A stretch of 64,000 nucleotides of DNA from Daphnia carinata (GCF_022539665.2 NC_081331.1:2232001-2296000), one strand, 5' to 3'. Counted from the first letter of the stretch, positions 1 through 15,000 are shown. Numbers and translations: made by a program. Notes: generated by a model not told the origin, from the letters alone.

Positions 1-3000
1 GTAACAACTGGTGTTGCAGTTCACGCTAAATTTGCATGCGGGAGTACTGCCGATGGTCCATCGTGTCGACTGTCTTTTTAACGAGTCCCTTTATTCTACT
101 GTCACGTAAAATGCGATCGATGAGGAGCTTTCATTAATGTGGTGAATTTGGTGGCAAGTCCCATTTTTTCTTGTGTTGCCTTCTGAAAAAAACAAACGGA
201 GAAACACAAAAACTTGGTTTAATTAAAATGGCGTTAAAATGAAATGACACATCAAACGTGAGATTATGGTGGGGTTTTGTCTCGTCGTCCAGACGGCGAA
301 GAAACCTTTTAAAATAGATGTGACTGAGCGCTCGCTGACGACTGATTTCCAGATGTCCTAGGCCTAACCAGAAAATTCTGGTCACAAAGGATTTTGTTTC
401 ATTCGACGCGGACTACAACAGAGGGTAGGGTGCCCTTTTCCATAGTTTCTTTTTCTTTTTTGTATCCACCTGACAGTTTCGAAAACGTTTCGTTCTGATT
501 CCAGTTAGAAAAACGATGGGAGAGGTATAGAAAAAGTCCCATAGTTGGTCATTTTCCACACTATATGGCCTGTGGCAGAACCCTTGCAAAAGAAAACGTA
601 ATTGCGATGTGACAGTGTTGCGAGTTTAATTCATTTGGAAATTTGTGTAAATTACAACAGCGATTTAGCACGTGGAAATCTGAAGACGGAGTGGGGTGAA
701 GCCGACGTCATTTCTGTTCTCGCCATAGGAATTTCGTAAGGGCCTTATTCTAATGAGAGACGAAAAAAATGGTACACTTTTATTGTTTTAAAGTTAAAGA
801 CAATAGAAAAGCGAATGATGGAAACGGTCTTCTCTTTACAACAGGATTTTTATGGAGTGGAACACTGATGGAGAATGGGAAGTCGGCGGAGATGGAAGGC
901 CGGATGCACAAGACGCATACGCCATAAGTCTAATACGCACAGACATAATCAAAACTTACAACTAGTAGTTTTCTTTTTTATGTTAAGAAAAAAATATATG
1001 TAGGCATCCGCCTATTTCATTCTTTTCTAGTTGGATAAAAAAAAACAGAATCTGCCCAGCAAACATGAATTCTACCATGGAAATACATTAATAAGTTTTA
1101 AAGTCTCTTTCTCTCTATAGTTACACGTCAATATAAACTTCCGACAATCAACTTTTTCCTTTTTTACTTTGGCTTTATAGCGTCGGTGTACCCATTTTCA
1201 CGGATGCATCATGTCCTTTGTGTGTGAACATTCACGTCGGGAGGGTCACGTTCATCTTTGTTTCTCATTGGGTTTAACGTGGCCTCACGTATTAAGGTCT
1301 ATGGGAACGAAATATAAAAAGAACCCAACAAGAGACTTTCGAAATAAGCCAACGCACTTAGAAAACATCCTATTCAAAACGCTCAAAATTTTTTATCGGG
1401 ACTTATTTCACGTTAGATTGCGTGATTACTTGCGATGTCGCTTTTTTGATCAATAAACAACATGAAAAAGAAGAAACAAAACTTCGCTGGCTGTATTATC
1501 TACTGGCGGCGGGAGGGAGGACTCCTCCCTCAACTTTTTTTTTTCTGTTCCAAAACAAAAAGTTCTTTTTCCTTTTTTGATCCAAAATATAGATTATCTT
1601 TTTTCGTATAATAAATTTTCTTTTTTGTTCTTCTCCTCTCTAGCTGTCCCACCCCTTTTTTTAGGGCGAAGGAAATACGAAAGAATGCGTAGCAAAAGAG
1701 ACAGAGAAAAAGTACACGCACGCGGAAATCACGAACGACAACGACGTAAAAGGGGGAAAAAGAAGAGGACTATTTTTTTCTTTCTTTTTGTTAATCACGT
1801 GAGTGCGTATGGCTTTTTTTCGTGCCGCTATCGTTCGTCCATGCCGTTTGCTATCTCGAGCCCAGACTTGTTTTTCTTTTCTTTTTTTTTTTTTTTTTTT
1901 ACCTACACCGTAGGATATAGCGAGAGAGGGTGGGCAAGAAAAAACAAAACAAAAAAAGATGGCGTCGCCGACGCTTACGATTGGCCAGCGCACCTGAAAA
2001 CGCCAAAGGTATACAACACAGGCGGATGCAAACACGCTTGAACGCCAGTCGACCAATCAGAGACTCTTGTGTTTTTGTTGCTAGCTATATAATTGTCTCT
2101 GTTATTTTTGTTTTTTCCTACACCGGCGGTGTGTTGCTCTCGAGTGAATGTGGAGGGGAAACAACTTGGCTCAATTATAAATGCGTTCCGCAGTGCCATC
2201 ATCATTGCAGCGGCGAAAAAAAAAGGGAGTCTGGGTTGCCCTTTTTTGCGTTCCTTATGCGTTTTCAAAAGCCGATAGAAAATGTTGGAGGGAAATGAAT
2301 TGAAGGAGTGAATACGTCAGTTATACACCGGGAAAATGATCAAATCGGAATCGTCGATTCTATGGCAGTATTGTGTTCCAAATATAGAGTTTTGTTTGCC
2401 ATTGAAATAGTTCCAGGTTTAGGATAACTCGAGTAGTTTATGGGATGGTAAGTTGTGTATTGATTCAACAGTGCCGAGTTTTGACGTAGAGATTTTGATA
2501 TTTAAATTCCATCAGGCCGTTTTGCATTCGAGAGACGTTGCTATTTTTCGTGACTGTGCCATTATATCGGACGCGAAGGGACACGCAGCTGCAAGCATAA
2601 AAGTTCACAAAGTCAATGATCGTGGCGGTAATGAGGTGACGCGACCTTCTGCGCAAGAAAGAAACGCAGAGTTTATTTATGGAGGAGGTCGCCCCCTCCC
2701 AAAAAAAAAATGTCGTGGCCTCTTTCCTAAAATTGAAACACTATTTTTGCGGGTTGCGGCGGTGACTTAACGACCCTGCACATGTCCCTGTCTCTTCCAT
2801 AAGAAAATGAGAAACTTTTTTGTTTAAAAGGAACAACATAAAATGAAACGTGAATATCCTATGCAAAGTAGCTATCGCATAGCCTAGGCAACATAAACTT
2901 TGAATAAATCAAAAGTGATGATTAGATTACTCATTCCGGTTTTGCTAGATGGATTACCTCTTTTCTCTTTTCCTGGATTTGAAGAACAAAATAAAAAGGA

Positions 3001-6000
3001 ATTATCTAGCCAGTAGTAAAGGAGAACTGTCATTATCCACCTCGACAGCCAACATGTGCCTCTTGTGATGCATTGGGCTTGCACGTATCGATCGGCAACA
3101 CCATCCTTTATTTTATTATGCTATTTCTTTTTTGAATCCATTGAGTCTCTCTCGTACGTTTTCACAGAGACATACGAATGGCCATACGTCATACATCCGT
3201 CTATCTCGTTCTATGTCTGAAAGGAATTAGATACGGTGTGCAGGTTGCACGATCGTATCAATCAAACAAGATGGCCCATCGAAATGCACGGTCACAAACG
3301 CACAACTTTTCAACCATAGCATTATAATCGTATTAATATGTGGAATATTATACGATTTTCGTATAGTATTGTCGACGCTACAACATTCCGATTTTGTCGA
3401 TATCATTCTCGATAAAAATCTGCATTTTCCTTTTCGGTATGAAGAGAGAAACACGTAACCTTATGTTGTTTTGATAATGGATTTTTTTTTTTTTTCAAAC
3501 GTATAAACGAATACGCGGATAGCCCTGATTTTGATCTGAATCTAGCCGACGGAATTGTTGTCTAACACGACGTGAAAAAAAAAAAAAAAATTCCCTTCCG
3601 GATGGATAAATGATACAGATTTAAGCATTTTGACAACTTCAGTTAATATTCTTTAAATCTGTAAGAGAATCTGTTTTTACTCCCCTCAGTGCGTAATCGG
3701 TTGCATTCCGGCGGAATCATCCGGATTATTGTTGAAGCGTGAGAGATTCGTACGCTGTTAACGACGGAACACAGACGAAGGGAGAATAAAAAAAGACGTC
3801 TGAGCTTTTTCCTCCATGGGTTGTCATCAGCCCGTGCCCCCCCCCCCTCCCCCCCTAGCATTCATACATTGTATGTGCACTGGAATTTTTTTTTTGGTCT
3901 GTTTTTTTGTTTTTTTTTAAGAAAAAAGAAGAGGGGGGGAGGGAGATACGAGAGAACCGTGACAATCGGAAGAGACACACTTCCAGAAGACAGTCGAAGA
4001 AAGCCGTCGACAAAAAAAAAAAATGTTGGGTCACGTGCGTTCGACGCCAAAGTCTGTGCGTCTTGACTTCGTTTCACCAATTCTTCTTCGCAATAGGCTT
4101 TAAATCAAACTATTTAGAAGTGTAATTGAAACCAGAAATATTGCTGTTTTAGAAGGAGGCAGTTCAACATGGCATAAAGAGCATGTCTTTTTAACTTATG
4201 GGTTTGTCTCCTTTAAAAGCTACACTAGGCCTAGCGCATCGACAACTGATGGACTGCACACAGAGGCTTTCTTCCGACGTTTTGAAAGGTACGACCGTAC
4301 CAGTGAACATTCAAAAGGAACATTTTCATGCATTGCTAAAGAAATTGACATCGACGACATTTCTACGTAACTGATTTGAGGCTAAACTTTATATTCTAGG
4401 CGACCGTCTGCCTTACGTCTCTCTTGCCCTATGCGTGGTAGCTATAAGAAACTAGAACTACCAGAAAATTTGGTCTGCTATATTAAAAAAATTTTGAACC
4501 TCCTAGAAAACTTCATAATAATTTCTGTTTTCTTTTTCTTTATACATTACACCGCATCTTTTTCTTTTCATCACCAATTGTAGAGGGAAAACATATCTTT
4601 AACTTCGTGTACCTATAGGCTCGGTGTGTGTACAAATGTACGACATTAGGCCAGGAATGATGTTTGTTTTGGAAATGATCGTGATTAAGTTTACAGAGAC
4701 CATCATCACTGAAGAGAACAGCCTTATATTTGATCCGCACACAGGAAATGATGAATCGAGAGCAACTAAGAAGCATATATCATTGATTCGGTGTATAATG
4801 GATATGCTCTCTTTGGAAGCTGCTGTTGACGTCTGATGCTCATCTCATATTTATTTAAGATGATGGGTGCCACCGATTTCATATATAAGAATGCTGGAAG
4901 ACGGAACGAAAGGAGTGCTCCGTGTTGATATAATCACTCATATCTTGAAAACAAAAAAAAACAAAAAATATGTAGACTGCATATACATTTTTCCAAAGCG
5001 CAATTTAATACGAAAATAATTGGTCATATGCGTCCCGTCTTCGCTACACCAGGCGTGTGTCTATTTATTATATAAAAAAAAATTGTTGATGTACATTGTT
5101 CAACCTTCAAAATCGAGACGAATAGACACTACTAGAATGTACATAACTCATTACGAAGACGGCAATGGTTGCGGTCATTCATCCGCCCCGAAAATAGACC
5201 GAGCCAGCTATTCCCTTTGGTGTATACATCAAAACAATAACATACACTGGGCGTGTGTGTTTGTACACAATTGTAATTTTTTGTTGTTTTTTTTCGGGCT
5301 GTCGACAACGGGTAAGAATTTTTTGCCCCTCTTCATTGTGCCATAATTCTAATACATTCATAACTAATCAACGTCGAATATAGAATTAGATCATGCCATT
5401 ATGAAAAATCTTTGTATAGTCAATGTCCTAGAGGACTACACGCAGGATGCAATAACCGAAAAACCCGCATAGCGTCACCGTGCGCATAGATTTAACAGCT
5501 TCCTATATCATTAGGGCACATTACCGGTGTAATGCGAAAAATATATCCAACATCAATAACACATCAGCCCGCCGTCCAAAGAGAATAGACGTAGTATACA
5601 GTAATCAGCAAACCATTCGATAGGGGAGATTGCAATCCTATGGAGGTCTATTCTGCCGTGTATAGTTATACCGTCATATAACGCCGTGTTTTTGCTTCTT
5701 CCATCAATATTTTTGAACGAAAGGAAATATTTGAGAATGAACCATTCCCTCCGGATGGATGAATGCGGTCGGTTGGGTTGTACTGTTTCAGTTCCCCTTT
5801 TTCTTTTCTCAACAATAAAAAAAAAGCAACACCACAGAGCCTCTATATATATATATATGCGAGACCGTGATTATTGTTGTCGAAACCACCCAAATAAAAA
5901 CCCGACTATTCATCAACCGTAACGTTGGGAGAAGTTGAACGACATCCAACCGCGTTCTGGTTCAAAATGTTTTTCTTATTCCCCTCAGCGGTAAATGTAA

Positions 6001-6239
6001 AAAAAAACCTATCACCGCGAATTTTGAAACACTTGAAATGGAAACTGAAATATTTAAACGAATTGATGCGCTAGCGATCCACGGAATTGAACGAACCATC
6101 ACGTGACTTCATGCCAGTCAAAACAAGCAGATTGTTTTTATTTGTTATTTATGTGACATCACTTTTGTTTTGCTTATGTTTTTAGTTATTGTCGCGCGGG
6201 AAAATTGTACTATCGACTAGATAATCTAACAAATGCAAA

Positions 6240-6600
6240 GAGGTTGGGTTCCGTCGTGGTGGAGGAGGGTAGGTGGGAAGGAAACGCCAGGGCGGAGCGG
6301 CGGGTCGCTCGGAACTTTTTTCTCTTTTTCTTTTCGAGTGGGTTTCGTGTATTGCTGTTGCTGGAGGAGAGCAAGCACACGGTCATTAATTTGAAGGAGT
6401 AGGGAGGAGTGGGGGGGAGTGGGGAGGCGGAGGGTAGGTTAAATTGTTCATAATGATACAGTGCCGCTCGCGGCGCGCGGGAATATATATAAAGGGGGAG
6501 GAGCGGACGGGCCAGCCAGCAGCCCAAGAATAAGAAAGAAAAAGAAAACAACAACAGAAAGAAAACAAAACAATGGCGCCCATCTTTATTTTTGCCTAAA
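6240..6600. promoter_or_regulatory. Promoter/enhancer-like GC-rich island with GC box, G-quadruplex pattern and TATA-like element
   Basis: GGGCGGAG at 6290; four G3+ runs with loops of 7 nt or less at 6402-6434; CG-rich block at 6462-6481; TATATATAAAG at 6484-6494. Confidence 0.35.
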
Positions 6601-9600
6601 GCTTTTATCTTGTTTTCTCTTTGCCTCTATAGCGCATCATTATATCAAAACTCTTTTTGTACGAAAAAAAAAAATACAGCGGCGCTATCATTTAGCTCTC
6701 GTGCAGACCACCAAAAATGTGAACAACGTCCAATCAACAGAGATCCGACGGCGGCGAAAATATCAAACGAAAACCCCCTCTGCCAATACTCTGCATCGTG
6801 CAAGGCGGAATTTGATTACTACGTGGACATAAAAATAATTAGCGATAACAAAAAAAAATGTGTTATTCCCTGCAAGCTATTCGGCGTCCAAAATCACGAA
6901 TAATATGGCATTCATTAATTGTTTGCGTCATCAGTTGAAGAGCCAATTTTTCGCCATCAACGTAAATAGTTCAAATTGTCGTTATTTAGATTTTCATGAA
7001 AAGTGAACGGCAGCTATAAAGAGAATGACTGACAATTTTTTTTTTTTTGGGGTTTTCATCGACCCCTCAATAACGCTCCGTCTAGTCATGTGACATGTCT
7101 GCGTGTTTACCTCATCACGAGAAAAAAGAATAGGATGATGATGGGCTTGAAGGGCGGAGGAAGGACGAGGCGTTTGGACGTGTGTGATGGCAGGTGATGA
7201 TTGCGACCATTCGTTAAAAATAAAATTCTAACGTTTTGTGTATAAAGCATTAAAAAAAATATTTATGATCATTATTTTCATGCACAAACTTATCATGCTT
7301 TCCCTTTTCTCACTCTAGTAAGCAAAAACGCCAAAGCGGACAGACACAAAAATTGGTATTGAATCCTTTCTAGGCTTTGGGATGCGTCGAGAAATTTTAT
7401 GTGTTTAAATCTAACGTGTTTACGTGTTGTTGGGATGAAAACAAAAATCACCTGGAATATTATTAAAATGGGATACATCATCGACTGTGTTCGATATATC
7501 CCCAGAGAAAAATTTTGGTTTTCGACATTTTGGCCTTTGTTTTTTCTTATGTCTCGATTTTTCCTAGTTCACTTCTCTTGCCTCCCCGAAGATCAAGTGG
7601 GAGGTACTCGTCTGCGGGGAAGGGGGGCGTGAAAAAAAAGAAATAGCCGCGACCGCCGGCGTGCGCGGTTATTTTTTTTTTCTCTCTCCCTCTCGATCTC
7701 TCTCCGTCTCTCAGAGTAAAAAGTTTAGAAAAAAAAAAATAAAAAATAGCTCGCTCGCGCCTGCTCTGCTTTCGGCCCATCTTGGTTCCCTCCTCTTCTG
7801 AAGCGCACATGTAAGTGTATGGTTGTGATCCATGGGGGAATGAAACGAAGAATAACAACAAACACATCGATATCCAGAACCCACCCACAGATCCATATAG
7901 GCTGGCGAAACTCATGTCCAACACTGAAAACGCTTTAATTGCCGGTTATGCGCAGCAGCATCAGAAAACTCAGGGATATACAAGATCAACTATAGTTGTT
8001 CTACATAGGCTATTTTGTTCAGTCAACAAAAGCCTGGACAACATGGCAGAGGCTAAAGAAAGAACAAAAAAAAAAACAAGGTTCAAAAAGAGAGGGGTGA
8101 AATTGGTCCTTTTTTTTTTTTTAGAAACAAGTATACCGTCTAATTAGAGCGGGCGTGACAGCTCAAGAAGAAAAAGGCCGCAAAAAAATAGACCTGCATC
8201 CATGGCGGTAGGTGTGTGTAGTTGTGTACGGAAACAAAACAAAAAGGAGGCCGATAACACAAACAAGATAACAACTCTTTTCTTGTCTCTTGTTCTTTTT
8301 TTTTTATGTTTTTAACCCATTATTATTGTATTTCCTACATGTGTAGTACAGTCTTTTATTTCTACATTTATATGGCGTAGACGTGTCTTCCATGGGAAGT
8401 TCCACAGTCGGAAGAAGGATAACAAAAAATAGAGGATCATGTGGAACATGGTGTTTAAAAATAAAAAACTCCATCGAAAAGAACCTCATTGGTTCGTATG
8501 ATCAAACGAGGGTAGACGAGCCGCTCCTTGGCGTGAAACAACTTTTATATGCTATGCTCTCTAGCCAATCACACCACAGGCAATAAACGGTGTACTCCGA
8601 AATTAGAAGACGCTTCCTGCCTGTATAATTGTGATCTATTTTTTTTTTTTTTCCAAAGGAAAACAATTTCATTAAAATTGTATTGCGGTTTTCCACGTCT
8701 ATTTACGTTCACTACAATCATATCTTTCAAACTGAAATATCAAGAAACATCATACATGCCCGAGAAATTCACGCAAAGGCTGTTAAATGGGCGAATTGGT
8801 GCAAAATGCGTAAAAAGGTTAACGAAGTTGAATATGTTGGAAATGAAAAGGTTTTTCAAAATCACGTTCGAACGCAGATTGCGTGTAGCGGGGAATTTCT
8901 ATATACGCTATACATGTCGCTGTCACTTGAAACGCGAGAGATAAAATTGATAATAAATCCAATCAGTGTGATGATGGATGGCCCATGGAAAGGGTCGGCG
9001 CTTTGCACGACTGCGTCTCTGCCGCATGATAGACATTTTTTTTTCAAACAGCGCTGTACGATAGGGAAGAAAGCCTTCTTAAACGAGGGGCAAAAAAAAA
9101 AAAACCGCGGCTATTATCTACAAGGAGGTGGACGTTGACTATTTGAGAGATTTTTGAAGTAAGGAAGCGGCAGATAATTAAGGCAAAAGCAGCGCTTTAC
9201 AAGATAAGATTCACTGGGGCTAAAAAATGTTTCAGCCGTCGTCCGCACATGAAAGAGTTCAAGTTACAGCGATGTTGAGCGGCTCGCTCCGTTCTCATTT
9301 TCTTTAGCGGTAAAATCGCACAGGAGGGCACTCGACACTACATCCAGCCGTTCGTCAATAACAGCTTGTTGTATATTTTCTTATTTTTTGGAGAGAATTA
9401 AGATTTTGCTGAAGATGACGAGGCGGCAAAGATTTTTGAAAAGAAGGCGCACGGAACGTTACGTTGTTTGCTGATGATGTCACATGAGGAGTTAAGTAGT
9501 CAACAACAAGATTATTATCGCGGCAAAGCAGAAAAGAAATGAGGACAAGTTTGTGGCTTTTTAATGAGGTCGTCCCTGTCACCCTCAGTGAGATGGTCTT

Positions 9601-11993
9601 CGCATCTGTGACACTCTTCCCTCAACGTTGCGTTTTCATCTCTGAGCAAAACACTAACGAGAGTGCACTTCAGATCAATTCCTGGTTCTTTAATTCGTTT
9701 CGGTGTGCTTGAAAATAATTCTTTGTCAACTTAGGAAGGCCTTCAGTGCCCGTGATCTCATATGGTGGTATCACACATGCTCATCGATTATTAATAAGTG
9801 AATGTACTTTTGAAGAGCAGCTTGACATCTTAAACGGAAATCGAACACTGGGCCTTTCAGTTACATGCTACTTCTATAATAAGTGAACTGTAATAGTTGA
9901 ATCCAAGATTTTGAAACTCTATCATACACGTTTATGGAAGAATCTGTTCTAATCGGAAGTCACGTAAGGTTTACCGTCTACTGCCGAATTTATTTGATTA
10001 ACATGTTGAAGCGCATAGCGCGAATATCATGCCACATCCACCAGGCTGCAATTGTAAAGTTTTTAAACATTTTCACGGCATCCCCAAGCAACGCACACGC
10101 ATCGATCAAACCGTTTTTTTTTCGGGATGGATCCTCCTCCCATCTCCCCGAGTTTCTCCAGCCAACGAGCCACTGAGGCTCCATGACGCATTCAACACCG
10201 TTAAAAGAAAATGTATATCAAATTCGCGTGCGGCTCATAGGAAACATTATAATTATAGGCATCATCCTTTTTTCTTTCCCCCCGTCTATGCAGTGCGTTT
10301 TACATTCATTTCTATATAGCCAATACGTTCGTCTAAAAACAAAGGTATAGGCGCAAGAAGTATCAAAATACACGCCCGTGATCGTTGGGTTTGTATATAT
10401 GGAATTATTATCGCATTGGATTTAGGTACAGAGGGTTGGATGGCCGGCTGACCCGAACCTTATAATTGTTGAGTGGGACTTATCCATCAACGACCCCGTC
10501 TATCTATGATCCTGCCCTCTTTGGTCCAAGGGGGTGTTCTGGACGAGGGATATACGAATTGAATCCCCGTGATATTTTGTTCCACTTCTTTTTTTGTTTC
10601 CACTTCCATCGTTTGCTACACCAGCAAAATTATTTGTTATTTTCCTTTTTTTGCCTTTTTGCAGCGTATGGGGACACGCCTCTATAATAACCGATGGCTC
10701 TTGTTTTTCCTGCGCTTTTTGGAGGGTAGAAAAATCCTGACGAATATTAAAAACAAAAAAGTATTGATGAAATAATTACCAGGTTGAATACATGCGTGTG
10801 GGCGAGGCCCAATGTGTGCCCGACTGGCTATGATGGCTTTTCCACTGACCGATGTGAGTTTTCTGTTCGTTTCCACCTCCACGAAACATGTAGAATAACA
10901 ACGAAATGCCCCCTTTTTTTTATTATCTTTGTGGTGTCTATCAGTTTTGTCTTATTAACACGAATAAGAACTGAATGCGTATGCGGATATGGGAAAAAAC
11001 GAAAGGACAGGAAGTGAAAGGGAGGATCGGCAACAGCTAGTAGAAGGATTGTTGACTATCGAGTGACATTAGCAAGTCAAGCAACGACTATGTATACATA
11101 ACAGGACACGCCCAAGTTTGAAGTTTGATCCAATGTTCCTCCTACATTATAATCCCTTTTCCATATACACATACAAACAGTGAATCAAAGGGCTATTGTT
11201 TCTTTCTGTTTTCAATGTATACGTATTGCGTCCAGCGAGCTGCTAGAAGGCTTCTTCCTTGTCATCTTTATATTGTTTCTTATTACCATTACTCGACGCT
11301 AATGAATACACATATGAGTCACGGCCTGCGGACGTGACCGGCCGTTCAACGACTGAACAAATCCAATTAAAAAGCTGGCGGGGATTTTTGCGTGTGCTTC
11401 CATTCGAGGAAAACGTAATCCTATTTACTATATCGTATATAGGCAGAACGTCAACACAGACGACACGGCTAAATAATATTAGAAAATCTCTATAACCAAA
11501 TGTTATCCTACCATAAATGGATCACCTTTTTTTTGCTGATGTCTGATTTATTTTTGACCTTCCTCCGGTGGAGCTCGTGACGAACGAGTTGGTTATATTG
11601 TCGGTTCGTGAGAAACCCAGCAACCATATAGAGGAAGTGGTTTTTCATTTTTCAAACTGCAGGCTATCTAGACGTACTGAAATGAAAATAGATGGATGTC
11701 TTGATAGTACACATTACACATATATATCTGTATAGACTACGGGTATCATTATATTTACTATAGTCCACGTTCCAGCCCTCATAGATCCACTTTTTTTTTG
11801 TTTAAGACAGAGCAGTCATCGGTCGTCGATCGAGAATTCCAATTTGTCACCCGACTGCCAACGTCTATATACTTGAGCCATTTATGAAAAAGAAAAAAAA
11901 CCTCCTCTCATTCATCTCCTCCTCTTTTTTTTTTTTTAAGGTTTGTTTTTCTTACAGCAAACCCGTCCGCCAAGATTATATAGTTCTAACATA

Positions 11994-12000
<7 letters not shown>

Positions 12001-12034
<34 letters not shown>
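12001..12034. repeat. (AC)17 microsatellite
   Basis: Read directly. Confidence 0.95.
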
Positions 12035-12036
<2 letters not shown>

Positions 12037-15000
12037 ATTGGCGTATATATATTTTATAAAGAGGTGGGATGTGTTGTTTGTTGCTTCTGTTGGCACATAT
12101 TACGAATGAATTCTTTTTTTTTTATAAGGTAAAACGGAGGGGATTGTTGACTGACGTTTGTGTGGCTAAAAGGCACACGTTTTCTGAATTTATTGACGAA
12201 ATAATTTTAATGTTTTGAAGTTGTGTCTGTCGTTGCTTCTTTGGGCGGTCTACTGTTTTGCTTCCCCCTTTTTTTTGTGTTCCTTGTAGACGTAATATAT
12301 CGATCCCACCCAAAAAGACACGCGCTGCTCATAGGAAAGGGGGAAGTTAAATGAAACCATAGGTCCGTCGCGACATATAGGCCTATAAGCTCAGTCGATG
12401 CAGTAGCTAGTCTATGTACAGAAAAAGTCAATCTAGTTGTACAACAGTCTCCTTCTTTTTTTTTTTTTTCTTTAGAGGCAGAGGGTGAAAGTAGAAGGGG
12501 TGAAACAAAAAAAAAAAATGGTTTCAATATCGGTGGACCGTGAGCGGCACGGCTTTAACTGTCTTTGCCCACGTCGGGTTATTTATCAAAGAGGGAGGAC
12601 GCTAACTGCTGTTATTGTGTAGAGTTAAATTATTTGTCATTGGAATGCATGTGAAGCAGTCGTGTGTTTCAATGAAGACTAATGTCTTTTCTACTTCTCG
12701 TAGCGTTCGGAATGGGAGCAACAGACACATTTGAATGGTTCCAGTCGTTGGAGAAGAACTCACGCAAATGGATCCAATCTGCAAAAACAAAAATTCCGTT
12801 AGATTGGAACTTTACTTTACGGGTGGTAGGTTGATGAAATAAGCGATCCTGTTCCCTGGGCCGTTGTAGTTTATAAATTAAAACAAGGCTGGAATGAAAT
12901 GGTGTTTGCGTATGGCTTCGTTCATTGAAAAATAGTATCTATTTTATTCTGAGAAAATGAGGCTGATGCACTATGCAAGAAAAGAGTTTTCTTTTATCGT
13001 ATTTTTGAGGGGATAGCCTTAATTGTACACAAGAAAAGTACTCGAAACCACGACGTACTGTAAGTCAAAGAAAATGTGCAGAGTCGGCCTGCGAATTTTC
13101 TCATGTTGATTTCCTCCTTTTCAATGTTTCTTCTTTTTCTCGTTTTCTATTCTTTTTGTCTTTTCTCTCTTTTTCTCTCATTCCGTTTGTCTCCCTCCCC
13201 TCTAACTCTGTTTATTTCCTGCTTTTCCATGATGGCCGAAAATCCGCTCTCTTCCTTCGTTCTGTTTCCCTTCCATTTTGTCTTCTTCTCGTCTCTCCGT
13301 TGCACCGCTCATCTCATCAGCCAAAACCTCGAAACTAATTCTTTTGCGCTATTCTCGTACGAAAAGTCTTTCATCTCCACTATTAAAATATGTTCGCATA
13401 AGTTAAACCAAATAAAGCATAGCTCTACTATCCTCAATTCATTCCACGCGCGTGGTGTTCAACTGCAGACGGAGACATAAATCTAATGGCGGTTTGCGCA
13501 TGCCACCGTGTTCCATCGCTGATTAGCAATTTCAGAGAGAAAAAAGCTGGTGTACACCGGCCCAATCTTATCATTTTACGGAAACATGAACGTCGTGGCA
13601 ACGCAACATCTTAGCAATTTATTCCCTATCGTAAAAAGCTCTTCTTTCTAATCCCAACCTGCCGTGGCCACACTTGATGATTTATTGGCCAAATTGGCGC
13701 GCTAGGCGAAACGTTGGGCTTTTTCAAAACACGGAACGTCAGAGGAAATCATTCCAGTTGCCATGTGAAGAACGAATTTCAGTGGGGAGGAGTCAGCGGA
13801 AAAGAGTTCACATGTAATAATAAAAATACATGGGAAAAAGGGTGGGAGAAAGGAAGAACGAACGAAAAAAAAAAAAAAAGACGGCAAATATATTTTAGGA
13901 ATGCATATAATCATGGTGGTCGGCGCCATCAAGCCGGTGACTAGGAACCAACCAGTTACGACCAAGAGGCGACCAAATAACAACAACGTAAATGCTTTAC
14001 GTATATAGCGTGAGTGTCCATGAGGAAATTTTTTCTTTGATTTTCATGATTCCCTTTTTTTTTTTCTTTTCCAAATTTTAAATTTTTGTTTTTCTTTTGC
14101 TTTTTAAGTTAGCTGTACGTATACGCAAGGGAAGCCGCTCTCCTGATGTATGGCTCTTCTTACGCACAACCGTATTTTTCATTGACGTATATAAAATGCG
14201 CTCTTGTGTGCTGCTGGCCTATGATTGTAGAACAACGTCAAACGCCGCCTTTTATAGGCTACACTATAATAAAATATTAAAAGTATTATTAAAAATAGTA
14301 ATGCTATAGATGCGCTCGTGGATGTCTCGAAAATATATTGCCCCTTTTTTTTTTCTCTCCAGTGTGTTCCTCTCGCTTCGCGATTGGTTCAAGTCAACGG
14401 GGCCCTATAGGCTATATTTACTCTTGTAGAAACTCACGTACACGCCGAGTGTAGTAAAAGAAAAATGGAGGAAAACGACAGGAAGGAACAAAGGAGGTCC
14501 ATTTATAAATACACACAAGCGCCTCGTCTGTGTGGATACGAAAGAACGGCGTTCTGTTTAATGTCCTCGCACCGCATTGGCTGGTGCCGTCTTTTTTTAG
14601 TCATAATTAACCTGCAAGAGTAATTTTCAAAAACAAAAAAACCGAAATTGACGTTAAATTTAAATGTTCAAAGGAAACGGCAAAGCGCTTCTCACATAAA
14701 ACAAAAAAGAAAACGTACGGGAATAAATTGATGAGAATTCAAGTTGATGCGGCCTGGAAAGTTCAGGATGTTCGCACAGACCTTTAAACTTAAATCGTCT
14801 GCCAGCAAGTGAAGGAAGTCTAAAGGTAAACGACAGGCGAAAACTTTAGCTATGGTTACTAAAGACATTAACTCAGATATTTTTTTTTTCTCAGCGCATC
14901 AGCGGCGAAACGGGTCACGAGGCATCACGCAACGATCGTATCGTCATCTTCACGAAATCAGCACATTGCGGGATATGCTACATTTCAAGACGATAAGCAT

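Noticed and set aside
9180..9960. Homopolymer-poor segment considered as a possible transposon relic or missed exon
   Set aside because: No ORF with transposase or reverse-transcriptase motifs, and no terminal repeats or target-site duplication visible. It cannot be supported without a repeat-library search.
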